From the NCBI GenBank assembly GCA_046290225.1, contig JBKAGE010000039.1, positions 96,001 to 160,000 on the forward strand: a stretch of 64,000 nucleotides of DNA, written 5' to 3'. The translations under genes and the position numbers were made by a program. This stretch comes from Bradymonadia bacterium (GTDB lineage Bacteria > Myxococcota_A > Bradymonadia > UBA7976 > UBA1532). The notes below the pieces were generated by a model, which worked only from the letters and a program-made list of their open reading frames with translations, was not told the origin of the DNA and made no database searches. Numbering within the stretch: the stretch's first letter is position 1; each line of letters starts with the position of its first letter. Positions 28,085 to 36,880 of the stretch are shown here, one piece after another.

Positions 28085-28810
28085 ATGTGTGTCAGTGAAG
28101 ATGTCTCTGAAGGAGCAAGCACCATCGACACCCCACCCCAAAAGAAGATCCTCGTGGTCGAAGATGATCAGCGCGCTGTGAGCGTGCTGGTCTCGGGCCT
28201 CAGCCGGGCGGGCTTCGAGGTTGTGGTGGCGATGGATGGTGCGAGAGGGGGAGAGCTGGCGGTGTCGGAACACTTCGACCTGGTGGTGCTCGATCTGATG
28301 CTCCCCGAGAAATCAGGCTTGGAGGTCCTTCAGGCGATGCTGGGCCGGGTGTCGACGCCGGTCATCGTGCTCTCGGCGCGGACCGAGCTTCAGACCCGAC
28401 TGAAGGCTTTTGATGCCGGGGCGGTGGACTATGTGCCGAAACCCTTTTTTCTTGAGGAGCTCGTACGACGCATCCGCGCCCGCCTCAGGTTGCGTGATGA
28501 AGTGCCGCGAAAGCTGATCGAGTTGGGCTCTGTGACATTGGATCTCGATGCGCGCATCGCCACCCGTGAGGGCCATGATCTGAAGCTCACAGGCTATGAG
28601 TTCAACATCCTCGCGTGGATGGCCGAGCGCTCTGGTCGGGCCATCAGCCGTGAGCAGCTCGCTGAGAATGCTCTGGGGATGGAGGGGCGTCGAGCCTGGC
28701 GGACTGTCGACGGGCATGTCTCACGCATTCGCAAGAAGCTCGGCCCTGATGGTGAGCGCGTGAAGACTGTCTGGGGCATTGGCTACACATGCTCGGCAAA
28801 CGCTGAATGA
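28085..28810 (+). CDS. OmpR-family response regulator
   Basis: KILVVEDD, LDLMLP, GAVDYVPKPF, RTVDGHVSRIRKKL..KTVWGIGY; start uncertain. Confidence 0.9.
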   Translation: MCVSEDVSEGASTIDTPPQKKILVVEDDQRAVSVLVSGLSRAGFEVVVAMDGARGGELAVSEHFDLVVLDLMLPEKSGLEVLQAMLGRVSTPVIVLSARTELQTRLKAFDAGAVDYVPKPFFLEELVRRIRARLRLRDEVPRKLIELGSVTLDLDARIATREGHDLKLTGYEFNILAWMAERSGRAISREQLAENALGMEGRRAWRTVDGHVSRIRKKLGPDGERVKTVWGIGYTCSANAE

Positions 28811-30120
28811 GAGGTTACCGGTCACGGGTGCTCCTCGGCGCTGTTGCCGGATCATTGCTCGCGGTGGTCATCGTGGTGATCGTGGTGGTGGCCACACTGG
28901 AAACGCTCTCCCTGAGAACCGTGGATGTGTCCCCGGAACTACACACGGCATGTGAGGCATCGCCTCAGAGCTACGTCGGCCTCTCGGTGGGGCGTGGATC
29001 TGTCACGGCGTTCGATTCGGCGGGCCGCAGCCCGGATGGTGCGCAGTCTCTTGCCCCAGAGCTCGTAGGCGCGCTCGAGGTTGGGGAGCAGGCCCCACGA
29101 CGTGAAGGTGGTCGACCCCATCTCATTCGACGTCTCAGCGCCGAGGGTCCTTGTGCATATGTATCGATCGACATCGGACCTCCACCTCTGATGAAGGAGA
29201 TCGTTCCACTGATGTTGGGGCTGGCGGCGCTCCTCATCACTCTGATGGCCGCGGTGGGAAGCTACTGGTTCACCGTCCGCCCGCTCACCCGCCGGATACT
29301 GCGTGTACGTGATGCTGCACAGCGTGTGGGTCAGCCTGACTACGCGCCGATGTCACAGGCGCTCAACGATGATCTCGGCGACATCTCCCGTGTGCTCGAC
29401 CATTCCCACGAACGTCTCGTGGCTGATCGAGAAGAACTGGTCGCTCGCCATCATGCCCTCGAGCGTCACCTCGCAGAGATCGCCCACGATCTGCGCACAC
29501 CGATCTGGTCCCTCATGTTGCAGCTGGAGGCTCAGCTGGTCGTGAGTGATGGTGAGCCGACACCCCTCCACAACGCATTCTTGGACGCGGAGTATCTGGG
29601 CTCGCTGGTCGAGAACCTGCATCAGGCGGTGCGACTACGCCATGGTATGAACCCTGCGGAGGGTGTCTGTGATCTCACGGAGATCGTTCAGCGCCTTGAA
29701 GGCCGCTTTCGGCCCTTGGGCAAGGCCGAGGGCGTGGAGGTCGCCACGAGCTACCCCGAAACCCCGGTGCACGTGCAGTGCAGCCCCGAGTTCGTAGAGC
29801 GCGCCCTGGGCAACTTCGTACACAATGCGATCACCCACGCGAGGGGCCGGGTGGCTGTCTGGTTACGTGTCGAAGGCGAGACCTTTGAAGTGCGGGTACT
29901 CGACGACGGTGTTGGTCTCCCTGATGTGGCCCGTGCAGATCTCGCGAAGCGCACGTTCACGGATGACCCGGCGCGCTCTCGCGGTGCGGGTCTCGGCATC
30001 GCCATTGCGAACGAGATCGCCGCTCGTGTCGGGTGGATGATCCACTACGAGGCGGTGCGAGAAGGGGGGCTTCAAGTGCGCATCGAGGGTCCTCGTTCAG
30101 GCAACTTGCCACGGTCTTGA
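28807..30120 (+). CDS. Sensor histidine kinase
   Basis: ATGA overlap with the regulator; two TM segments, HAMP, IAHDLRTP, NFVHNA, DDGVG, GLGIAI. Confidence 0.9.
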   Translation: MRGYRSRVLLGAVAGSLLAVVIVVIVVVATLETLSLRTVDVSPELHTACEASPQSYVGLSVGRGSVTAFDSAGRSPDGAQSLAPELVGALEVGEQAPRREGGRPHLIRRLSAEGPCAYVSIDIGPPPLMKEIVPLMLGLAALLITLMAAVGSYWFTVRPLTRRILRVRDAAQRVGQPDYAPMSQALNDDLGDISRVLDHSHERLVADREELVARHHALERHLAEIAHDLRTPIWSLMLQLEAQLVVSDGEPTPLHNAFLDAEYLGSLVENLHQAVRLRHGMNPAEGVCDLTEIVQRLEGRFRPLGKAEGVEVATSYPETPVHVQCSPEFVERALGNFVHNAITHARGRVAVWLRVEGETFEVRVLDDGVGLPDVARADLAKRTFTDDPARSRGAGLGIAIANEIAARVGWMIHYEAVREGGLQVRIEGPRSGNLPRS

Positions 30121-30196
30121 ACACACCATGTTGTCCTGGAAAGCCGAAGCCGGTACCACTGCTCACGAATCCACCAACCTCTGGCGAAGATCTGCG

Positions 30197-31534
30197 ATGT
30201 CCTGGAACCCCGACAGCTGGCGCGCCCACCCCATCGAGCAGCAGCCTAAGTATGATGATCCCGCCGCCGTCGAGGCGGCGCTGGTCACCGTGCGCGATCT
30301 GCCTCCCCTCGTCGCCGCCGGTGAGGTCGACGCGTTGCGCGAGCGACTGCGTCGGGCGAGCCGCGGCGAGGCCTTTGTGCTGCAAGGTGGCGACTGCGCC
30401 GAGAGCTTCGCCGACTGCACTCGCGCCCCCATCGAGGCGAAGCTGAAGATCTTGCTGCAGATGAGCTTGGTGCTTACCTGGGGCGCCCGCATGCCGGTGG
30501 TGCGCGTGGGCCGGATGGCCGGTCAATATGCCAAGCCGCGATCCAGCGACACCGAGATCGTCGACGGTGTGGAGATGGCTTCCTACCGCGGTGATCACGT
30601 GAACGGTGCCGCCGCCGATGTGGATGCGCGACGGCCGGATCCGCAGCGGATGGTGCGCGCTTTCTTTCACTCAGCGGCGACGTTGAACTACGCCCGGGCG
30701 CTCCTCGACGGAGGCTTCGCTGATTTGCACCACCCCGAGGCCTGGGATCTGACCTTCGTGCGCAACGCCTCCCGGCGCAGCCAGTACGAGGCCATGGTGG
30801 AGCGCATCCTCGATGCCCTGGAGTTCGTGCGCACGCTCGGTGTGCACGATGCCGAGCCTCTCAGGACCGTGGAGCTCTTCTCGTCTCACGAGGCGCTACT
30901 GCTCGCGTACGAAGAGGCCCAGACCGTGGCTGTGGGTGATCGCTGGTACAACCTCGGTGCCCACATGCTCTGGATCGGCAACCGCACGCGGCAGCTCGAC
31001 GGGGCTCACATCGAGTACGCCCGAGGCATCGAAAACCCCATCGGCATCAAGGTGGGCCCCGGGCTCACTGGCGATGCGCTCATCGCGCTGCTCGATCGCA
31101 TCGAGCCGGGCAACCGAGCAGGGCGAGTGACGCTCATCTCACGTTTTGGCGCCGACAAAATCCGCGATGGTTTGCCGCCCCTCATCGAGCGCGTGCAGGC
31201 CGAGGGTCGAGACGTGGTCTGGTCGTGTGATCCCATGCACGGCAACACGACGAAGACGTCGAGCGGCCGCAAGACCCGGAACGTGAACGCCATCATGGAG
31301 GAGCTCGCGGGGGCCTTCGATGTGCACGACGAGGCGGGCAGCACCCTCGCCGGGGTGCACTTCGAGCTGACTGGCGAAGACGTCACCGAGTGCGTCGGTG
31401 GCCCGCAGGAGCTCGGGGAGTCTGATCTCGAGCGCAGCTACCAGACTCTGGTCGATCCCCGACTCAACTATGCCCAGAGTCTTGAGCTGGCGTTTCGCGT
31501 CGCGCTGCGATTGCAGCAGCGACGATCGGGGTGA
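30197..31534 (+). CDS. Class II DAHP synthase
   Basis: W.PDSWR..P.EQQP.Y, LQGGDCAESF, GRMAGQYAKPRS, SYRGD..N, WSCDPMHGNT, DPRLN. Confidence 0.95.
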   Translation: MSWNPDSWRAHPIEQQPKYDDPAAVEAALVTVRDLPPLVAAGEVDALRERLRRASRGEAFVLQGGDCAESFADCTRAPIEAKLKILLQMSLVLTWGARMPVVRVGRMAGQYAKPRSSDTEIVDGVEMASYRGDHVNGAAADVDARRPDPQRMVRAFFHSAATLNYARALLDGGFADLHHPEAWDLTFVRNASRRSQYEAMVERILDALEFVRTLGVHDAEPLRTVELFSSHEALLLAYEEAQTVAVGDRWYNLGAHMLWIGNRTRQLDGAHIEYARGIENPIGIKVGPGLTGDALIALLDRIEPGNRAGRVTLISRFGADKIRDGLPPLIERVQAEGRDVVWSCDPMHGNTTKTSSGRKTRNVNAIMEELAGAFDVHDEAGSTLAGVHFELTGEDVTECVGGPQELGESDLERSYQTLVDPRLNYAQSLELAFRVALRLQQRRSG

Positions 31535-31535
31535 G

Positions 31536-32636
31536 CTAAGAGCGGAACTGTTTGGCGAGGCGGAGCCCCTGGCCCTGATAGTTGCTGTGTCGTCCACCGT
31601 ACAGCACGTCGGGGAGGGCCTCGTTGCGCATGAACTCGACCCGGAAGAGGGGCTGGCCGTGCTCGAGCAGGAAAGGCACGTCGTGGGTACGGATCTCCAA
31701 CACGAGCTTGCTGCCTGGATCTTCGTCGTCGTCTTCTGACCACCCGAAGCCTGAGTCGATGAACCCGGCGTAGTGCGTTCGGAGCTCACCCTTCGTGGCG
31801 TCAAAGGCCACCAGCTCTGCACACAGGCCCGGTGGGATCCGTAGCCGTTCGCGGGTGGCGAAGATGTAGAATTGCTCGGGCTCGAGCACATGGCCGTCTG
31901 CCTGCTCCCGCAATGGCACCCAATAGCGATCGACCGGTAAATCTCGGCGACGCAGGTCGACGGGGGGCATGTGTCGCTTGGCGATGTACCCCACCGGGGC
32001 CTTCTCCACCGATTGCAGGTCCACCGAGAGCAGGACGCCGGGAGGCACAGCGTCCTGCACCGGCGCCGGGGTGCCGTCGGACCATGAGCACAGCGGTTGG
32101 GTCTGCTGCCACTCCGCGAGCTCGGGGGCCTCGAGCCCCGGGCGCCCACGGGCCAGTCGCAGCTGAGCCAGGGCATCACCCTGCCTGACGCTGACGTGGA
32201 AGGACTGTGGGGTGATCTCGAGGAAGAGCCGCCCCCGGTAGCCCGGTGGGATGGTGTCGAAAGCGTAGCCATTCTCGGTGAGCACACGCACGAAGACATC
32301 GAGGCGCCCGGTACTGCTCTTGGGGTTCGACCGGCCCCACACGTCGTCAGGGAGCTCCAGCACCTCGGAGAGCTCGGCGAGGTACACACCGCCGCGGTGC
32401 AGCACCAGGGGTTCGTCCCTGTCGATGCGATGAGCTGACGTCGCCAGCCGGCCGAGCTTGCGTTCGATCCCTGCCGGGCCTGGGAGGAAGCTGCACTGCA
32501 GCTGCCACACTCTGGCCCCCAGGCGCAGGTCGAGGCTCGATGGCTGCACCTGGCCCTCTTGCACAGGCGTCAGAGACTGGATGACACCACTCGTGGTGAA
32601 CGCACGGAGGGACTGGCTGACGAGGATGCCTGACAT
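31536..32636 (-). CDS. dcd: 2'-deoxycytidine 5'-triphosphate deaminase (two-domain type)
   Basis: QPSSLDLRLG, NPKSSTGRLDVF.R, GELRTHYAGFIDSGFG, HDVPFLLEHGQ, SNYQGQGL.L.K.F. Confidence 0.9.
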   Translation of the reverse strand: MSGILVSQSLRAFTTSGVIQSLTPVQEGQVQPSSLDLRLGARVWQLQCSFLPGPAGIERKLGRLATSAHRIDRDEPLVLHRGGVYLAELSEVLELPDDVWGRSNPKSSTGRLDVFVRVLTENGYAFDTIPPGYRGRLFLEITPQSFHVSVRQGDALAQLRLARGRPGLEAPELAEWQQTQPLCSWSDGTPAPVQDAVPPGVLLSVDLQSVEKAPVGYIAKRHMPPVDLRRRDLPVDRYWVPLREQADGHVLEPEQFYIFATRERLRIPPGLCAELVAFDATKGELRTHYAGFIDSGFGWSEDDDEDPGSKLVLEIRTHDVPFLLEHGQPLFRVEFMRNEALPDVLYGGRHSNYQGQGLRLAKQFRS

Positions 32637-32689
32637 GCTGACTCCTGGCGGTTGCGCGCGCGTGGCTCCGTGCACTCTCCAGTGGTTCG

Positions 32690-33096
32690 TTACCGCGTGT
32701 ACGAATCCAGGAGCAAGAGCTTGTTGGCCTCTGCGCGGGACTCGGCATAGTCACGGGCTGTTTTGCCGAAGGCGTCGGTGGCCATCGGGTCGGCGCCGTT
32801 CTCGAGGCATCAGCCCGAGGGTGCCCCATGAACGCCAGCGGCGCCCAGCGAACAATCTGGTCCGCGAGGGCGATATGCCCGGCCTCCCGTGCAGCCAGGG
32901 CGCTGTCTCCCTTCTCGGCGCCCGCTTCGAGCAGCGCCAGGCAGATCTCGGCGTGTCCCAGCGCTGCGGCAGTCTGCAGTACTGTATGTTCAGCGTGTAC
33001 GCAGTTGGGATCGGCCCCTTGCTCCAGGGCCATACGACACCAGTCGAGGCGCCCTCTACGGATGCCCATCACAAGCTTCTTGTTGTATGTGCTCAT
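32690..33096 (-). pseudogene. Ankyrin-repeat protein with a frameshift near 32810
   Basis: First frame gives ankyrin repeats (GADPN...LQTAAALGHAEICLALLEAGA) up to LAFMGHPRA; a second frame continues CLENGADPMATDAFGKTARDYA...YTR* to 32690. Confidence 0.7.
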
Positions 33097-33163
33097 GCGC
33101 TCCATTCGTAGTCTGAGCACCGAGAAGAGCAACTTCTGAAAGGAGATTGTGCCGGTGAGCACG

Positions 33164-33814
33164 ATGACCGAACCACCCCGGCCACTTGCCGAGCTGACCG
33201 CAGAGCAGCTCTCTGCGGTCACCCGCTCCACGGTGTCGCACTACCATCAACGTGCGGAGGACTTCCGGGAGGGGACCAAAGATCACGACGTCTCGCAGAA
33301 CGTCGACGCGCTGATGCGTCATCTGCCAGGGCCCGCGCCGCAGCGGATCCTGGATCTCGGGTGTGGGCCCGGGCGGGATCTCGCCACCTTCCTTGATCTT
33401 GGCCATGTACCGGTGGGCCTCGATGGAGCCGAGGCCTTCGTGGAGATGGCTCGGGCGGCCACAGGCTGTGAGGTCTGGCATCGAGACTTCCTGGATTTGG
33501 AGCTGCCCGCTGAGAGGTTCGACGGCATCTTCGCCAACGCGGTGCTTTTCCATGTGCCTTCTCAGGTGCTTGGCAAAGTACTGGGTGATCTCCGCCAGGC
33601 GCTGGTCACCGGCGGGGTACTCTTTTGCAGCAACCCACGGGGCCCGGATGTCGAGGCCCAGAATGGCCTGCGCTACGGCACATATCTGACCTTGGAGACC
33701 TGGAGCCGCTTCGTGACGGCTGCAGGCTTCGAGCTGCTCGAGCACTACTACCGGCCCGCAGGCCGACCACGGGCCGAGCAGCCCTGGCTCGCCACTGTGT
33801 GGCGGGCTATCTGA
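33164..33814 (+). CDS. Class I SAM-dependent methyltransferase
   Basis: ILDLGCGPGRD, FDGIFANAVLFHVP, YYRP.G.PR.EQPWLA.VWR. Confidence 0.9.
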   Translation: MTEPPRPLAELTAEQLSAVTRSTVSHYHQRAEDFREGTKDHDVSQNVDALMRHLPGPAPQRILDLGCGPGRDLATFLDLGHVPVGLDGAEAFVEMARAATGCEVWHRDFLDLELPAERFDGIFANAVLFHVPSQVLGKVLGDLRQALVTGGVLFCSNPRGPDVEAQNGLRYGTYLTLETWSRFVTAAGFELLEHYYRPAGRPRAEQPWLATVWRAI

Positions 33815-33836
33815 GGCGTGCTGTTTGGGGCGAGCT

Positions 33837-34820
33837 CTACTGAGGCCCGTATCGGTGATCCACCGGGCGGACATCAGAGCAGGGTCGACACAACGCCGTG
33901 GGCAAGCCTGAGTTGCGCCGCGTGCGCCCGGAGACAGCCTTGAAGACGGGCCCGCTCCGGTCTTCGTCACATTGGATGCAGTTGTTCGGGGCGCCGTCCT
34001 CGGTGTGATACGGCGCGTTGAGCAGAGGCAGGCAAATGTCGCGGCAGACTGTGCCCGTGTGCGTCGTGTTGTAGGACCAGATCGCTGCGCACGACTCGGT
34101 GAAGCCGAGAGCGGCGATGCAGTCCCGTTGTACCTCGGCCCCTTGCGTGAGCCCTCGAACACCACACCGCCGCACTGGCTGAGTGAGATCTGGAACGGCG
34201 ATGTAGACCGCGAGATCTTGCAGCGAGGAGCAGAGGCCGCAGGCGCCGAAGTGGGTGATCTGCGCCCCCGCCTCGCGAGCGGCCTCGGGGCTGTTGAATG
34301 TCTGCAGCGAGTAGAGCGACTGGTCGGCTGCATCGAAGCGCACGGCGCAGACACGGGTCAGATCTTCTGTGAAAGCGTCGGGGGTCAGATATGGATCCTC
34401 GAGCGGTGGCTCAGGCGGGTTGGTGAGCTCGAAACCGCGTAAGGTGTCGAGCACTTCGTCGGTGATCGACGGAGGCGACCAGAGCGCGTCACCACATGCA
34501 CACTCAGGCGAGCACAGATCGGCGGGCAGGCCGGTGCGTGTGCTCGGTCGGCCGAAGAGTCGCCCACACTCGACCTCACCCTCCACTGCGCACGCGTCGT
34601 TCAGGGTGTTGCAGGCTGGCGGTGGACGCCCTCCATCATCAGATACGAGCGCGTCAGTGCTGGCGTCAGTGCTGGCGTCAGTACTGGCATCACTGCTGGC
34701 GTCCGTGCCTGCATCAGCGAGGTGTGCCTGTGGCTGAGTCGACTGGTCATCACATGCGGCGAAGGCTGTGAGGCTGATGAGCAGACCCCACACTCTGCCT
34801 GGGGCGTGTCGTGTCATCAT
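33837..34820 (-). CDS. Cys-rich hypothetical lipoprotein
   Basis: FAAC lipobox, DAST repeats, domain with THFGACGLCSSLQDLAVY and CIQCDE.RSGPVFKAVSGRTRRNSGL. Confidence 0.75.
   Translation of the reverse strand: MMTRHAPGRVWGLLISLTAFAACDDQSTQPQAHLADAGTDASSDASTDASTDASTDALVSDDGGRPPPACNTLNDACAVEGEVECGRLFGRPSTRTGLPADLCSPECACGDALWSPPSITDEVLDTLRGFELTNPPEPPLEDPYLTPDAFTEDLTRVCAVRFDAADQSLYSLQTFNSPEAAREAGAQITHFGACGLCSSLQDLAVYIAVPDLTQPVRRCGVRGLTQGAEVQRDCIAALGFTESCAAIWSYNTTHTGTVCRDICLPLLNAPYHTEDGAPNNCIQCDEDRSGPVFKAVSGRTRRNSGLPTALCRPCSDVRPVDHRYGPQ
34651..34703. repeat. 12-bp coding tandem repeat (about 4.4 copies) encoding DAST/DASS
   Basis: GCGTCAGTGCTG x2, GCGTCAGTACTG, GCATCACTGCTG, GCGTC. Confidence 0.85.
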
Positions 34821-36469
34821 CAGGCATTGTGCCTGGGCAGACGGCGTACGAGGGCATCAGCGTCTTCGAGCCGAGGTCGTGGCTGAGGCGGGAAGGGGGC
34901 TGCGCCACCAAGCGCCTGGGCACACCAGTAGATGGTGCGCTGCTTGAGGGCGTCGAGCCAGTCAGCGACGGCGTCGTCCTCCAGATCTCGGTAGGCCCGT
35001 AGGGTGGCGCTGAGCTCGGCTGCCCAGGGGTGACCCTCAGGGCCGAAGACACGGGCCTCACCAGACCGGGCCACACAGCGCGCCAGCAATCGTTCTGCCT
35101 CAGCGATCCACGCTCGCCCCTCCTGCGCGTCTGTCCCGCTGTGTGCAGTGAGCGTTGCCCCGTGCACGAGCCGCGCGGCCGACTCGCTGAGCCAGATGTC
35201 GCCGTAGTTCACAGCCCAGCCCCATCCATCTTGTTTGGCCGCAGCGAGGCGAAGCGTCTCTGCAGCGGCCACCCATTCACCCTGCATCATCTGCTTGAGG
35301 CCATCGATCCACATGAACCGTGCTGTCTCGAGGAGGCGCTTTTGATAACAGCCTGCGAGGTTCTGCTCTGCCATGCGACGCACCTCGGGATCCCCGAAGG
35401 TGAGCGCGTGGCCAAGGTAGAGCTCGCACTCAAAGAGCGTGTTCTCGAGGAGCTTGTGCACGTTCATGTGAAGACCGCCGAGCAGGCTCCACCACCTGCC
35501 ACCGTCGAGGTGGGGGTGTTGCTCGAGCAGCGCCCGCAGCCGGCGCAGCTCAGCGCACATCACCTCGCAGGTTTCGCGATTGCCGAGGGCCCTCTGTTCC
35601 CACTGACCCCACGTCTCGAAGAGCGCGCGCACGCTGCGATCGGCGGCGGCGCTGGCCTGTCGTTGCCTCTGGTCGAAGCTGTCGATGTCGAACCCCGCAG
35701 GCACCTCGTTGCCCTCGACGACGAGGGTGATCTCCAAGCGGACGAGGCCCACTGCAGGATCATCCCAGTCCGCTGTGCTCACTGCGACGAATTCGACCGT
35801 GTACGTTGCCTCTCGGTGCGGGTCGAACTGCACCTTGCCATTGAGGGCACCATCATCAGAAAAGCGTACGCCGGGCGGGAGTCGCACGAGGGTGGGGCAT
35901 TGCATGAACCCGCCTCCGCTCGGCAAGCCCTCGCCGGGGTGATGCAGCGAGTCCCCGACGCGGACAGTGCCGAGATCGACGGCGTGCTGGGTCACCCTGA
36001 GTCCGTTGCGGGCCGCGCAGCGGTAGTGCTCGCTGTAGAGCTCGACGGCGGACCAGCTCCGCGGGCAGCTGTGGCAGCAGTGGCATCGCCCGCTGCGGTG
36101 AGCAGAGCCACGAGGCCAGGTCACGGTATCCGCACAACTGAGCTGCGTACCGGCGCCCTCAGCCTCAAACGGCTCGAGGGCGCTCTCTCCCGAGCCGGTG
36201 GGGAGCGCTGCCAGAGCGTCCATACGGCGAGCGATCCTCACGTCCTCGCCGGTGGCCTCACGGCAATAGCGTGCGTCGTCGACGGGCACGTAGATGAGCG
36301 CATGATCATCTTCGAGCATGACCTGATAGGGCGCAGTCTGCTCCGCTGGCCATTGATCTTCGCGATAGTGCAGCGCGATGATCCGGCCGAGCTTCCACCC
36401 GTCTGACCCCATGTTACACATGATGGCAGCACCAACTTCGAAGCGCAGATCCGACATCAGTGCCTTCAT
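34820..36469 (-). CDS. Multidomain hypothetical protein (SH3-like N-terminus, Cys/His cluster, Ig-like segment, helical C-terminus)
   Basis: 549-aa ORF whose stop overlaps the next start; LRFEVG...YREDQWP...APYQV N-terminal motif, CHCCHSC. Confidence 0.7.
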   Translation of the reverse strand: MKALMSDLRFEVGAAIMCNMGSDGWKLGRIIALHYREDQWPAEQTAPYQVMLEDDHALIYVPVDDARYCREATGEDVRIARRMDALAALPTGSGESALEPFEAEGAGTQLSCADTVTWPRGSAHRSGRCHCCHSCPRSWSAVELYSEHYRCAARNGLRVTQHAVDLGTVRVGDSLHHPGEGLPSGGGFMQCPTLVRLPPGVRFSDDGALNGKVQFDPHREATYTVEFVAVSTADWDDPAVGLVRLEITLVVEGNEVPAGFDIDSFDQRQRQASAAADRSVRALFETWGQWEQRALGNRETCEVMCAELRRLRALLEQHPHLDGGRWWSLLGGLHMNVHKLLENTLFECELYLGHALTFGDPEVRRMAEQNLAGCYQKRLLETARFMWIDGLKQMMQGEWVAAAETLRLAAAKQDGWGWAVNYGDIWLSESAARLVHGATLTAHSGTDAQEGRAWIAEAERLLARCVARSGEARVFGPEGHPWAAELSATLRAYRDLEDDAVADWLDALKQRTIYWCAQALGGAAPFPPQPRPRLEDADALVRRLPRHNA

Positions 36470-36880
36470 CAGCGTAAAGAAGTCATTTGAGTGGCGAGCA
36501 GAGCTTCTGCCACTTCACTGCGTTGAAGGGTCAGGATGCTGTTGGCGCCTTGTGCCTTCCACGCCTGAAGTCGAGAGGGTGAGGGGGCGCCGGCTGCTGT
36601 CACGAGACCATGCGACAGGGCAATCCAGTAGATGCTGCTCTCTGGCGTCTTCCCGATTGAGACCCGATCCCCTACAGCAACCATGATCGTCGCTCTCCAA
36701 TGCAGCTCATCAGTCAGCGTTCGAGCACTTCTACTTGGGCAAAAGGAGTGCTGGCAAGAGGTCAAGACCGACCGCAAGGCTGCTCGGCTGACTCGAGTCG
36801 AATATCGGGGAGACCTCTCTGCCGACACGACACTCCTGCGTGTGTTACAGGACCCTGTCCTGCTTCGATCGGAGAGTCCC

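Noticed and set aside
32347..32810. C-terminal part of the 294-aa ankyrin ORF
   Set aside because: Out-of-frame run-on overlapping dcd; the real ankyrin continuation is in another frame.
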